DNA of 49,602 bases from the NCBI GenBank assembly GCA_009602725.1, contig WELB01000030.1, positions 840,809 to 890,410 of the forward strand. Reading direction: 5' to 3'. Below, in pieces: positions 1 to 12,262 of this stretch (its first letter is position 1; every line of letters begins with the position of its first letter). Source of the DNA: Spirogloea muscicola. Taxonomy: Eukaryota. Both the position numbers and the translations under genes were made by a program. Under the pieces are notes generated by a model that did not search any database, was not told the origin of the DNA, and saw nothing but the letters and a program-made list of their open reading frames with translations.

Positions 1-261
1 GCCGCCGACGACCCCCCGCCGCGCCCCGCCAAGACCCCCGCCGCCACCTCGCCTGCGGACCGCGCCCGCGGCTTCCGGTCCTGGCCGGCCGCGCTGTTCC
101 TCGCCTTGCTCACGGCCGCGCTGCTCATCGCCCCCGCCGTCCTCCCGCCGCTGCCGCCGCCGCCCATGGAGGTCCTGCTCCTGCCCATCGCCGTCATGGC
201 GCTGCTCATCGGCCTCGCCCTCGTCCCGGAGACCGCCTCCAGGCTCGTCGGCCCCAGCTGA
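1..261 (+). CDS. ARGOS/ARGOS-like (OSR domain) small two-TM protein, 5'-truncated by the window edge
   Basis: Frame 1 reads ...RSWPAALFLALLTAALLIAPAVLPPLPPPPMEVLLLPIAVMALLIGLALVPETASRLVGPS* with TGA at 259-261. The hydrophobic helix-LPPLPPPP-hydrophobic helix pattern is the ARGOS/OSR signature. No start codon lies in the window. Confidence 0.8.
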   Translation, partial: AADDPPPRPAKTPAATSPADRARGFRSWPAALFLALLTAALLIAPAVLPPLPPPPMEVLLLPIAVMALLIGLALVPETASRLVGPS

Positions 262-299
262 GCACGCTGCCCTCCGGCCGCCGACGCCGGGGCCGGCCC

Positions 300-3200
300 A
301 TGTCCTCCCGCCGGGCCACCCGGGCACTCGCCACTGGCGCCCGCCGCTTTTCCCGCGCGACTGGGTTCCACGAGGGGCCGCCGTCGCGGCCGCCACGCCG
401 CGTCGTCGTCACAGGTGAGGCCGCAAGCTGGGGCTGCCTGCTCGGACTACGTCTGCCGCAGTTGTGCAGGGGACTGCCCGTGCCTTGCAATGCAATGGGG
501 TGTCACTGTGCCCTCCAAGCACTGCGCGATTTGGCAAAGGCGTCGGTAGTCGCCGGTCTCTGGCGTGGCGTCCGTCTCTTGAGGTGCCCGAGGACTTAGC
601 GAGATTCGTTTGCCCGCCGCCAATGAGGCCGCCTCTCGCTCCTGGCGTCCAGGCCTCGGCTTGGTCACGCCCCTGGGATGCAGCACGGCTACCTGCTGGG
701 ACCGGCTGCTGGACCTCGGCAGTGGAGTGGGGCCCCTCCGTGCCGAGGACCTGCAGTTGCCATTCGCGGCAAGCGATGCGTCTGCGACGGCAACCAGAAG
801 TGCAGCCGCCGAGGATCTGCTGCAGCAGCTGCCGTCCAGAGTGGCTGCTTTCGTGCCCCGCGGAAGCGGAGCCGGCCTCTTTGACGAGGACCGCTGGTCC
901 TCTCCCCAGGTTACTGTCATGACCCACTTCTGCACTCGACAAGCTGAAGTGCGCAGCCGAGCACAAACATGAGAAGTATGGCCGATGTCACCGCCGTTCG
1001 ACAGTCCTGTGTTGCAGGGTGATGACAAAGCCTGACCGAGGAGGCAATATCCGGCTTGCTTGCAGGAGCGCAAGAGGATTCCGCGATTTGTGGCTTACGC
1101 CCTGTGCGCAGCCTCGGAGGCCCTGTTGGACGCTCGGTGGCAGCCCACCCAGGCAGCCGATCAGGAGTGCACGGTATGCCTCTATCTGTGCTGCTGTTGC
1201 TGGCTTTGTCGAAGATCGCAGGCAACCTTTATGCTTGCTTGGGTAGCGCAGTTGCATCTTGGCAATATCAAATGTTGCCTGACCGCCGCCATGGCATGTT
1301 TGAGGCTCCAGGGTGTGGCCATTGGAGGGGGCATGGGCAGTACCAGCAACTTCATGGATGCCACCAAGTTGCTCCTTGATCAGGTCAGGCATTGCAGAGG
1401 TGCTGGTGCGTACACTGGACACTACTGATTCCGGTGAAACACATGAGAGCACCTTGGCGACGAATTGACCATGCATCCTCGTGAGGCTAGCCCAGCACAA
1501 CATTCGTTCACAGTATGCAATGCACCTGCACTGAACAACCCCAGCCTGCTACACAGGGAGTACCGATGTTGATGTTACCGTTAGCACATGCTGGCGGTCC
1601 AGAAGCTCGCCAGTAGTCCTCCTCATCCAACAATGGGGCACCCTACGCATGGTGACATTTCTCACAAGTTCGTGACCTTCTGGCCTGCAGAAGTTCCGGA
1701 AGCTGAGCCCTTTCTTCATCCCAAGCATACTCGTGAACATGGCTGCCGGGCATGTCAGCATCGCCCATGGCCTTAAGGTCCGGCTGCAACCTCTTGCAGC
1801 GAGTGCATGAGATGCATTACAGGCCTGGAAGACTCCAGTATAGTGCCAACAGCCCTCCTATTTGTCTTTGACATCCTAAAGCAGCATCATGTCCCGCTGA
1901 CTGTAGCCAAAAGACAAGACTGTTCAGCTGTGATCAAAAGGATCTACTTTCTCTGGGCACAGGGTCCAAATCACACAGCAGCCACAGCGTGCACAACCGG
2001 AGCCCATGCAATTGGTGATGCTGGGCGCATCATTCGCCACGGAGATGCTGATGTTATGGTGGCAGGTGGTACGGAGGCCTGCATCGACGCTCTCTCTGTT
2101 GCAGGCTTCAGTAGGTGGGCATGTACTTAGCCTTGTGCCTGTGCGGGTCTGTCAACAGGTCAGGTTGGTGAACTCTGTATTGCTCCAGATGTGACTTAGC
2201 ATAGTGCCTGCTGCAGCTTAGATGTCTATCTGGGGAGTGTAAGCTGGAGGCTGACGCTTTACAATTGTTTGCATTCATTGTGCAGGCTTAAAGCCCTGAG
2301 CACAAGGTACAATGAGACACCAAGGATAGCTTCACGCCCCTTCGATCAGGGCCGCGACGGCTTTGTGTAAGTACAACAACCTCTGCAAGCTTGAGATGCA
2401 GAGATGTCCTTGTTGTCTTAGCGCGGTTGATGAACGTATATTCCAAGCAATGCATTTGGAGGCTAGCTCATACAGGTTGTGTGGTTGCTACTGCAGGATA
2501 GGGGAAGGGGCAGGTGTGGTCGTACTCGAAGTGAGTTTCTAAGTGCCTGACGTGCCTGTACCACAAATACGATTTCACAGCAATGCCAATCGCATCTTGC
2601 TCTGATGTGCAGCTCTGACCTGCTAGATCAAGTGGCGTTGTCCACCAACATGAGAAAGTGATGTTGGTGCTCATTCTCTTGGTGCGTTGAGCGCGTAGAC
2701 ATTGGTCTCATGAAACAGTGGCGTATTGCTGCTGTGTAGGAGTATGAGCATGCAAGGCAGAGAGGTGCAAGCATGTACGCTGAGATCCGGGGCTATGGAA
2801 TGTCAGGTACCAAGATACTGTACCTTGAGCACAATCTACCGTCACTCTGTCCAGGGTTCTGGTTGACGACTGTCTGCTGACAGGCACTTTAGTCAAGAGC
2901 TCCATTGAAGGGGCTGACGGGTGAGACACTTTTGCAGGTGATGCACACCACATGACTCAGCCGCCTGCTGATGGGCACGGAGCTGTACTTGCCATGAGGC
3001 GATCAATTGCGCAGGTAATCAAGAGACAAGGCATGCATAGGGATCAAACGTGAAGCACGCTTGACATAGAAGTAGCTTAAAACGTGGGCGGATTTCAGCC
3101 TGACCATGCAGTCACGTCCTTGACAAGGCCCTGTCATTGCCTGACTCGGCCTGGAGTTGCTTCTTACCTGCAGTCAGGCCTGTTGGCGACAGACATCAGC

Positions 3201-4058
3201 TATCTGAATGCCCATGCCACGTCAACTCCCACAGGTGAGCGGCTGGCCTGCTCTGTATGCTCCTCTGGCCTTTGGCAGCCCGTCCACTTTCAATTGGAAG
3301 TTGGCACATCTTGCTGGGCCTTGAGAGAATCATCAGGTCTTGAAAGAGCCTTGCCTAGTCCATCGTTGCATTGCAGGCGATGCCGTGGAGGTGAGGGCAA
3401 TCCGAGAGGTCTTTGGTGAGCACGCAACTTCAGGGGCTCTGCGGCTATCATCTACCAAGGTAGGATATGTACTGAGCCCGTGATGCATAGGTTGATGTGC
3501 CTCGTGGTCTATATCCGCTGATTGAGGTGTAGTCAATATGAGTGAAGTTGTGCAAGTGTGTGCTAGTTGTCCTCCCCCTGCCACTATTTGCTTCTCCATC
3601 GTCAAAGCGCCAGCCTGAGGCCCTCCTTCCTACCACGGTCATGAGCAGGGGGCGACGGGCCACCTACTTGGTGCAGCAGGAGCCGTGGAGGCCATCTTCA
3701 CAATCTTGGCACTGCATCATGTAAGTGCATCTGCGATACACCTGCTACGCAGGTTGCACTTGGATATTGAAGACAAGTGCCGGCATGCCTGCACGCTATT
3801 CATGTTCTCAGCATCTTGCATGCCATGACTTGAGATATTGTCACCATAGCTTCCTCACATACCGAGATCCTGGCATGCCTCCAGGCCACGTTGCCACCCA
3901 CCCTGAACCTCATCAAGCCTGACGATGCCTTCGAGGGCCCCTTCACTCCGCTGGTTGCTGCCACGCCGCATCAAGCAAGAGCAGCTCTCAGCAACTCCTT
4001 TGGCTTTGGGGGCACCAATGCTTCCCTTGTCTTCTCCCTACCTCCTCCCCAAGGTTGA
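300..4058 (+). CDS. KAS: 3-oxoacyl-[ACP] synthase, mitochondrial type (KAS/FabF/OXSM-like), multi-exon
   Basis: Arg/Ala-rich presequence [18 protein letters not shown], then [15 protein letters not shown] and [17 protein letters not shown]. Catalytic motifs [19 protein letters not shown] and [11 protein letters not shown] are present. The C-terminus reads [15 protein letters not shown] with stop at 4056-4058. GT-AG introns join the exons (first 415-652). Confidence 0.93.
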
Positions 4059-4652
4059 CATTAGGTGCAGGTTGTAGGCCATTCAAAGTCCATCCTGGTT
4101 AGTTGCCAGCTAGATTGTGCTCCACCAGACAGTGTCGGGCTTCTCTGCCTGACTTGCACAACGTACTTGTTGTACGCGTCATGCCGTCATGGCATGCAGC
4201 AGCGCCCCATGGCCCAGCCCTGGCTACCCACCAGGAAGCAGCCAAAGTGCGGCGGAGGTATATTCTGTGGCCCTCGAGTCTGTCGACACAACACTGCAGG
4301 TCGGCATGGCACTTCAGGCCACTGCCTTGTAGTACACGTTCGCTAGTCAATTTTGCAGTCACTACACAGCCATTACGGCAGCAGGTCCCACAAAATCGTC
4401 AGCGGCCTGTGCTTGAAGTCACAGTAGCCGTGTGCCATGACCAATAACGATGCCAATATTCTGAATCCAGAATCGGAAGCTTCTTCCTGCTGAGAATGCT
4501 TGGTCAACCACTGGGGCAACAGGCCTACAGTGGCAGCAGCAGCACCTGACTGGTAGAAGCAGTGCGCCGTGTTGAGCTGTCAGTAGGTGACCTACATCGG
4601 AATGACCATTTGTCATGTATGAACAAGCATCGGCTTGGGGCCACATCTGTAA

Positions 4653-5360
4653 GAGGGAAGGCGCGCGGTGCCCATGCATTTAAGGGGAGGCCAAAAGCCT
4701 ACATTACTCCGGCCAAAAGCCAAATCAAAGACTGGGGCTACTCAGAGCGAGCCCTATGCTAAGGGGGCTATGGTAACAGCGCGAAAGCATGCTGATTAGT
4801 GACTTCAGTACCCACGAGTGAGCACATGTAGATCCAACGGGCTAACTTGGGGAGCCGGAGCACCGCCACAGAAGCTAGTGCCCTGACTTACAGTGCGCCC
4901 AGCACACTGATAAATCGCCAAAGCTTGGGAGCGCTGCAAACTCTGCGAAGCCGCATTCTGTGACATGCGACTGATGCCTGCGAAATGCTAGTATGCCCCA
5001 AGCTGTCCTAGGAGTGCGACGACGCGCCACAACAGGGTGTGAGATAGAGGGCGCGCGGTGTGCATGAAATGAGAGAGTGGCATGAATTCAGGCTAGTGCG
5101 TAAAGTGGGGCTACATGAATTGAAGCCCTATGCTAAGGTGGCTAAGGTAACAGTGTGAGTAATCACGGGAAGCACATACAGGTACGACAGGCTAACGTGG
5201 GAAGCCGGAGCGCTGTCACGGAAGCTGGTGGCCTGACTTTGAGCGTGCTCAGCACGCTCATGAATGGCCAGAGCTTGCCAGCGCTGCAAACAAGCGAGTA
5301 CCGCATTCTGCAACATGCAACTACTGCATGCGGAATGCTGGTGTGCCCCAAGCTGCTCCC
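4653..5360. repeat. Diverged tandem duplication (units ~4653-5010 and ~5046-5360), each beginning with the reverse-strand core motif
   Basis: Both units start GAGGG(AA)GGCGCGCGGTG. They share GCCCTATGCTAAGG..GGTAACAG, GCCGGAGC..GAAGCT, AGCGCTGCAAAC, CCGCATTCTG and TGCCCCAAGCTG in the same order. Confidence 0.8.
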
Positions 5361-6400
5361 CCGACCGCGAGGACGTGCGTCAACCAGCTGGGCCAGATGC
5401 TGGATGAGGGAGGACCATTCACATCGTAGCCATCGTAAGTAATTATAGAGCACTGATAGAAGTGGTCCCTTGGGGGGTGGTCCTTGTAATGCCTCTCCAC
5501 TTTGTGCTCCACGCTGCACGTTGCCCAGCCAGGCACAGTTGACGTGGGTGCTCCAGCTTTGAATGCGTCAAGTAGACTGCGTTCAGAACTGAACTAGCGA
5601 ACCCACAGGCTGGGCAAATAGGGCGATCTTAGTACCCCGGTATCAGCAATAGGAAGTCAGATGAGCCGAGGTGAGGAAGAGCAACCCCGCTAGCGCAAGC
5701 CAGAGGCTCCCAGAGGGGGAAAGACTCTTCCAGTATGGGCGCGAAATTTCTTCCAGTAGATGGCAATGGCTGTGATTGGCCAGCACAGGGAAAGAATCAA
5801 CAGGAGTTCCCAACCCCTCAGCTCAGACCCAGATGTAGCAGCCATAGCGCGGCCTGCGCGCAAGCCAGAGAAGCGCCAAAGCACACAACGATTCCAGTGG
5901 CCATTGGGTGCTTAGTATTATCCCCTAATGAGCAGCCGCAGGTCAGAGAAAGTAGTCCCTGGGTGCGGGTCCTGCGTCCATAGCCAGGCTGCAGCTAAAG
6001 CGCGACCGGCGCGCAGATGCAATGCGTGTGCCAGTGACAGCAGTGCTGCAGCAATACTGACAGGCGCGTGCGACACCTGGGTACCGAGCTTCCTTCTGTA
6101 TCGTCTTCTGTCTAGTCGTGTAGCTTTTCGGCTCCTTTTTTTTGGCTTTTGAATATTGTTGATTCTTTGTGGGCTGGCTTTGCCAGCCCCTCTTCTCTAT
6201 GGGCGCGCGCGCAATTTCGGGCGCTTTGAGATCGGCCTGCTCCCCGTGGTGGCTGGCTCTTACAGGTGCTCTCTCATTCTCGGCAGCCACAGTCCCAGTT
6301 TTTGGGCTGGCCTTTTTCAGCCCCTATCCTCTATTTATATGGGCGAGCCCTTCTTCTTTATCCTCTATTTCATATCAGCAGCCGCTTCCTTTATCCTCTA

Positions 6401-6456
6401 TGTATTGGCTTGAATTGGCCTCCCTTTCATTTCATGCGCTCCGCGCGCTTTCTCTC
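6401..6456 (+). repeat. Dispersed core repeat, forward copy (TGTATTGGCTTGAATTGGCCTCCCTTTCATTTCATGCGCTCCGCGCGCTTTCTCTC)
   Basis: Near-identical to 27965-28020 and 29617-29671 and to the reverse complement of 28933-28984 and 29196-29245. Confidence 0.9.
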
Positions 6457-6886
6457 AATGGGCGAGCTCCTTCTCTGTCAGTTCAGCTGGAGGCCGGGTC
6501 AGGCCGGTCGCCACCCTGCACGAGCGCTGAGGCCCCGCCGACGCCCCACCCCGGCCCTGTCCGCGCTCCACGCCGCCGCCGCCGCAGCCGCCGCCGCTGC
6601 GGAGCCTCGGCCACGCCGGCGTCTCCCCTCCGCAGCCTGCCGTTCGTGGCCTTGCCGCCGCCAGCGTCGCCTCGACCGCTGTGTGAGCGCACGGTGAGCT
6701 CCGATTCCATGCGCAGGGCCGCTTGTGAAGTACGTGGGTCCCCACTTGGCCACGCGCCTGTCGCTGTGCCAGCTCTTGCCTTCGCCGCGTCACCTCTGCC
6801 GCCGCTCGTGCTCGCAGGCATGCGAGCAAGAGGGCGCCCTTGGACGGTGTCGTGGTCGTCGCTCGGCAGTGCAACCTGGACTAAGC

Positions 6887-8051
6887 ATGGGAGGGCAAGA
6901 GTCCCCAAGTCCTTCCCGTCGGTCGGCGAATGGGCCTGACCATCCGCCTGCGTGCCTGCCCGACGCTCGAGCTGCTGGCGGGAGGAAGCGCGGCCAGAAC
7001 TGGACGACGCAGCAGACGCTGCGCCTTGTGGAGCTGAAGCGCGCGGAGTGGGAGGCCGAGGTTGCAGCCGGGAGGAGCAGTAGAGGCGGGCAAGCCCACC
7101 TGCCGACGGCACACGCCAAGTGGGAAGCCATCCAGTTTAATCTGGAGGCGCTGGGTATCCACAAGGACGTCGACGAGCTGGAGAACCGCTGGACTGTCGT
7201 CCGGAGAGCGTACAACAAGATCCAGGCCTTCAACCGGCGAAAGGCCGGCGTGCCCTCCAGTGGCCAACGCCGCTGGGAGGACTTGTCCTCCAGAGACCGA
7301 AAGGCTGAAGGCCTCCCTCAACAGTTTGATCAACAGCTGATGCACGCTTTGCGTCCTTGGTTAGAGGTGATCTGGTCACACACGTGTGACCACCAGAGCC
7401 TGCTTTGTAATGACCTCGTGCATTTTGTGCATGTCGCAGCAATCTGGCAATTGAAATTGTTATACTGCTCGTCAAAGCAGCACCTGCTCAGTTGTTGTGT
7501 CTCGAAGCCAAGCTGATTAGCGCCTGCCTGCTTGTCGTTGTCACGTTCATCAGCGGAGGGCCACTTACAGCGGTCCTCATGTCTTGGACGTACCGGAGCC
7601 CGCAAGACTGGCCGATTGTCCAGCCGCAGAGGTCGAGGGTGCCACAGACGAGCTCGGGGACAGCCCCGCCCAAGAAGACGCCTCGCCAAGTGTTGAGGCA
7701 ACCCCTGCAGCTCAACTGCGTGGAAAGCGCTGCAGAGACGACAATGGGAAGTCGGCAAAACGATGGGTACACATGAATGCAGAGTCGAAGGACACACCCG
7801 CAGCCATACTAGCTATGCTGGATAGACGGGATGCTATGACAGAAGCTCGCTATAAGGACTTCCAGAAAGCTCACATTGACATGCTGCACGAAATGAGAGA
7901 GGCGAGGAAGAACGTTAGCGAGAATAGTGCGCGCCTCGCTGATGTACTAGCTCAACAAACAGAACTATGTGCTCGCCTCACCAGCGTGCTAGCCCAACAA
8001 TCAGAGCTATTGTCCATGTTCGTCCATGCTTACAAGGGTCGAGAAGCTTGA
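6887..8051 (+). CDS. Trihelix (Myb/SANT-like DNA-binding) transcription factor, ASR3/SH4-like, with C-terminal coiled coil; 2 exons
   Basis: Exon 6887-7366 reads RKRGQNWTTQQTLRLVELKR..KWEAI..ENRW..RAYNKIQAF..WEDLSSRDRKAEGLPQQFD. A GT-AG intron (7367-7553) joins it in frame to exon 7554-8051, which has heptad repeats (LADVLAQQTELCARLTSVLAQQSELL). Confidence 0.8.
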
Positions 8052-8788
8052 CTCCTTGGCCTGATCATCGCGCTGTCTTGCTGCCACTGACACCATCTCT
8101 TGAGGCGAGTAGCTGTAGAGGTTGCTCTAACACCAGTTACTAGTGGCCTGCTAGTGCGGTGGTGTCTCTTAGGCACGTAGTGAGTGGCATGATATTCAAG
8201 GGAGAGGTAGCAGATGGCGAACGTGGTCCGCATTGCCTCATTTGCCAAACGAGCAGAAGCCCAAACGCAATACAAGTTCATGCCGACATTGTACTGCACG
8301 ACTCCTCCAGCGAACTGCCCCTTGATCCAATGCAGCCTTATGTTACAACAGCATCAAGCTCGTGCACCTCGAGAAGATGGTGCACTCAGCAAGCAATCCT
8401 GGAGCAACTCAACATCACTTTCCTTTTTAGCCATGGCAGCTTGCACTGATCAGCAAGGGGGGCTTCCATCTGCAATGTTTGCTTGTGCGCGCTCTGTTCT
8501 CCTGAAGGAGTGTTTCCACAGGGAGTCCTACTCTTATGGCTGCTATTGCCGTAAGTATGCAATCAGGGAGGCTCATGCGTGCCACTTCATACTTCGACTA
8601 CAAGACAATGTCAGAGATAAGATTGCAAGAGGGGCCTTTGCTGAGGTTTACAACAATGCGGTTAGGCCTGCGCTCATACCTCCTTGCTTATCTAGGGTAA
8701 GGCCTGGTGCTGCCACTAGGCCTGCACTCAACTTCCCTCTGTGTCCAACCAGAGTAAGTCACAAGGTGCGCTTTGCATGTGCAGAAAG

Positions 8789-11700
8789 CTAGAGTCGCGA
8801 GGTAATCAGAGGCGTGGACTGCTGGAAGTACTTAGCGGCAGCAGCTACTCCTGAACCATATTTCACCGGGTAGCCAGCTTCAGTCAGGGCCATCTCCACG
8901 CCCGCAATGGCGCCCAACAATGACACCTGCATATAGACAGGCACACGCCAGCCAAATGACATTTGAGATGTGATACAAGAATGGCAATGACAAACTCCAT
9001 TAGACTTCTGAGAGCACAGCATCAATCTAATAACCCTGCACTGCTCTCCATGCTGCTACATCTCGCAACGATCTTCCAACTGACTGAAGGTTCTTCAAGT
9101 GTAAGTCTCAACTGCTACCTAGAACAGCTGCAAATTATCCTGCCTCAGACAAAATACATGACATCATGGAGATTTCTTTTGGTTGGGACCCAATGGTGCT
9201 CGACCGCCAGTGGTTCGGCAGTAATTCATAAGCGGTTGGTGTCAAAAGCAGCCTATCACTTGCCTCATTCATCTGGCCCAAGTGGCCAATGCGGAACACC
9301 TTGCCATTGATCTTGCTGAGGCCAACCCCCAGGCTCAGATTGAACTTCTTCCACGCAATTTTGACAATGTCATTGCTGTTGATATGAGGGGGAACCAAAA
9401 CGGCAGTCACCGTGTCGCTGTTCCACTTAGGCTGCTTGGTGCACAGCTTCAAGCCCCAGGCCTCCACTGCCTTCCTGTCATAGCAAAAAACACTGGCAGG
9501 CTGATCAACCCCCTTGGCAAGTCTACAAGATTGCTATCTTATCTGGGGGAATGATAGCTGACCACCCCAGCTACAAATACCAAGAAAGTCAACCTCCAGG
9601 ACGTGAGCATTAGGTCCTGAGGGAGAATTCTCAGCAGCAGGCAGTCGTGGTTGAGTTGGTGCTACAATAAGAGCAGGCTACTTCAGTCTGACCACCGACG
9701 ACCATGCACATTGTAATAGCACCTTTGCAAGGATGGACTTCACCAACTTCCAAGGAATGCAAACGATGCTTTCAACACAGGCAATACTACTTGGCCCACC
9801 TCTGCACCCAAGTAATCTTTCTAATTATGTCTTTCTCTCCAAATATCAACTGCAAGGAGATATTCGAACCTTGTGCCCTCAGCGAGACGATGATGCCTTG
9901 CAAAGACATTGCTCAGGCCCTCCTCGAAGAGCATGTCCAACGATGCCCTGAGTGCATACAAGAGCTGGATGGAGGGCGTGTATGGCCAGATGGACCCCTG
10001 CTCGTAGAACTTGAGGTAATCCGCCCAGTCAAAGAACACTCGTACCGACTTGGCATATTTTGCAGCCTCCAGAGCCTGCCAAAGCAAAGCACCCAGGCCA
10101 TCTGACTGTTAGAATGTGCGCTCATGGGATGGAGAGGCCATCATCACAGTGCTACAATACAACAACACATCGACTCAGCCAGTCAGCCAAATGTGAGCTT
10201 CTGCTAGCTTAATGTGCCAAACAGAGTGAGAGGTGTGAGACCTGCCACCCACCTTGGGACTTGCGCACACGATGCCAAGGCCAGTGGGCATCGAAAGGGC
10301 CTTCTGGGAGCCAGTGAGAGCGACATCAACGCCCCACTCGTCCTGCTTGAACTCTATTGCGCCGATGGAGCTGACACCGTCAATGAGTAGCAGGGCAGGG
10401 TGGTTGTGCTGGTCTGCGCAAACAAGTATATCATGTTAGGTCTTACTCTACATCGAATTGCCTCCATGACAGGGCTTGCTTGAGGCATTTGGCATGCACA
10501 ACTAAGGCTGGAAGCAACGGGCGAGTGAGCAGGAACTGAAATACGTAAGCAGACTTGCGGTGTCTGTAGTCCAATATAATGATGGGTTGCAATTGTGCCT
10601 GGTGCTATATGTGCTTATACCTCTGCCACTCAAACATGCATGATTCATGGGCCAAGTAGCACAGGCTGTCTACTCTGTAGCAGGCAACAGCTTGCCAAAG
10701 CTAGCAACCCTTTCGGATCGACGACAAACATGCGCATCAACTGATACCAGCTTGCAAAAAGCTCTGCTCCTGCCATTGCAGTATATCCTGTGTGATCCTT
10801 ATCCCAATAGGTCCAGACCTTGTCATCTCTTGTTGCGAGGCCGCAAGTTATAGAGGTCAACATGGTTCAGCATAGGTTACTGACCGAGGAGGTTGCGGAG
10901 GGCAGCAATGTCATTCGTGACACCGGTGGCGGTCTCGTTGTGCACGCAGCACACAGCCTTGATGCGGTGCTGGCGATCAGCCCTCAGGCGCTGGTCAAGT
11001 GCATCAAGGTCAGCACCTGCTCCCCACTCGCAGTCTACAACATCGACGTCAAACTTCAGGCGCTGCATCTGGTTGATCCACAGTGCGCTGAATTGGCCAA
11101 AGAGGAACGACACAATGAGGTCACCAGGGGACAGTGTGTTTGTCAAGGCGCTCTCCCATGCTCCCGTCCCTGTGCACAATCACAATGAGCAGATGCCGAT
11201 ATGTCATTGGCTCGAGCCTCAGGATCACATAAATGCAGGAGACATTCGAAAGAGAGCTTGCTGCAGATCGGCGTGTGAGTGCCTGCGACAGGCATGCTGG
11301 AGTAGGCAGTTCTTGTGCTTCTTAGCGGGGAAGCCTGGTGCAAGCCTCCACAAGTAAGCTCAGCATTCGCGAGCTCAGCATCCGCGACGAATCACAATTT
11401 GTGAGCATCCTAGGAATGAGATTCAGAGGTGCTGCAAATTGTTGCTGCAGTGGAAGGCGCCGCTGCGGGCAGATCCAAAGCAAGTGCGAGCTGACCGGTA
11501 GTTGGGAAGATGAAGGCGGTGCCGGCAGTGGAGCCAAAGAGGCGCTTGCTGTCCTCGATGACGGAGCGGGAGAGCTTGGGGAAGGCGGGCGAGCGGTGGT
11601 CCTCGTTAGGGCGGATGAGCGCGCGCTGCACCGCATTGGGGATGTTGGTCGGGCCCGGCACAAAGAGGTGGTTGAACCCCGGCGCAGGGAAGTACTCCAT
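8789..11700 (-). CDS. AGT1: Serine/alanine:glyoxylate aminotransferase (photorespiratory, peroxisomal)
   Basis: MEYFPAPGFNHLFVPGPTNIP, TGTGAWESALTNTLSPGD, VHNETATGVTND, DGVSSIGA, PLP-lysine motif TGSQKAL, WPYTPSIQLLY and FRIGHLG. The C-terminus is PTS1 -SRL*. Confidence 0.95.
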
Positions 11701-12221
11701 GGTGCCGCACCACGCCCGATTCGGACGGCGGCCGTCGGGCGCGGGGCACGCGGAGGCCGGCGCTGGCCGCGCTGCGCGACGCTGGCGACAGCTCAGGCGG
11801 CGGGCTGCCGCNCGAGCTGCCGGGGAAGGCGCGCAGATCGCGGCGGCGAGGGCGGCGCGGGCGGCGCGGTGGCGTGAGGCGGGGGCCCTGGGGCGGATTA
11901 GGAGCGTGTGTGGCGTGCCGTGGCCCCAGGCTCTGGCCGCGGGCCTCACACGGTGGCGCTTACCAGGGGCGCCAAAAATCGGTTCCGTGGGGCATCGGGT
12001 CCCCGCCCCGCCCCTGCGGATAGCGCGGGCCCCCGAGCTGGCGCGCGCTGAACCCCCGGATCCACCACGTAGGCTGACAGCTGGGCTTTCGAGGAGCGCC
12101 ACGTCGGAATTTCTCCCGAGCTGGCCGCGCCGCCTCTGTTCGGGCCTTGCCCAATTTGGCCCAGTTGGGAAAGCCCTTTTCGGCACCTTTCGGAACTTTT
12201 GTCAAGTTCTTTTCGGGCTGG

Positions 12222-12262
12222 CTTTTCACAGCCCTTGCCCCCATTGGGAGTGCCACTTCTTC
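12222..12262. repeat. 41-bp exact dispersed repeat (copy 1; copy 2 at 42082-42122)
   Basis: CTTTTCACAGCCCTTGCCCCCATTGGGAGTGCCACTTCTTC is identical at both sites. Confidence 0.9.

Noticed and set aside
5128..5536. ORFs within the tandem repeat units
   Set aside because: No recognisable domain, and the frame does not appear preserved between the two units.
6401..6456. Core repeat as a tRNA/5S-derived SINE or structured RNA gene
   Set aside because: No A/B boxes, cloverleaf or poly(A) tail are visible. An Rfam search would be needed to exclude it fully.
6887..8051. Trihelix ORF as the Myb/SANT gene of a PIF/Harbinger transposon linked to the nearby repeats
   Set aside because: There is no DDE transposase nearby and the ORF is not enclosed by the repeats. 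The W..LS..RK..LP..FD motif fits host ASR3/SH4-type factors.
8214..8792. 192-aa ORF between the trihelix gene and AGT1
   Set aside because: It lies in convergent 3'UTR space and has no recognisable motif.
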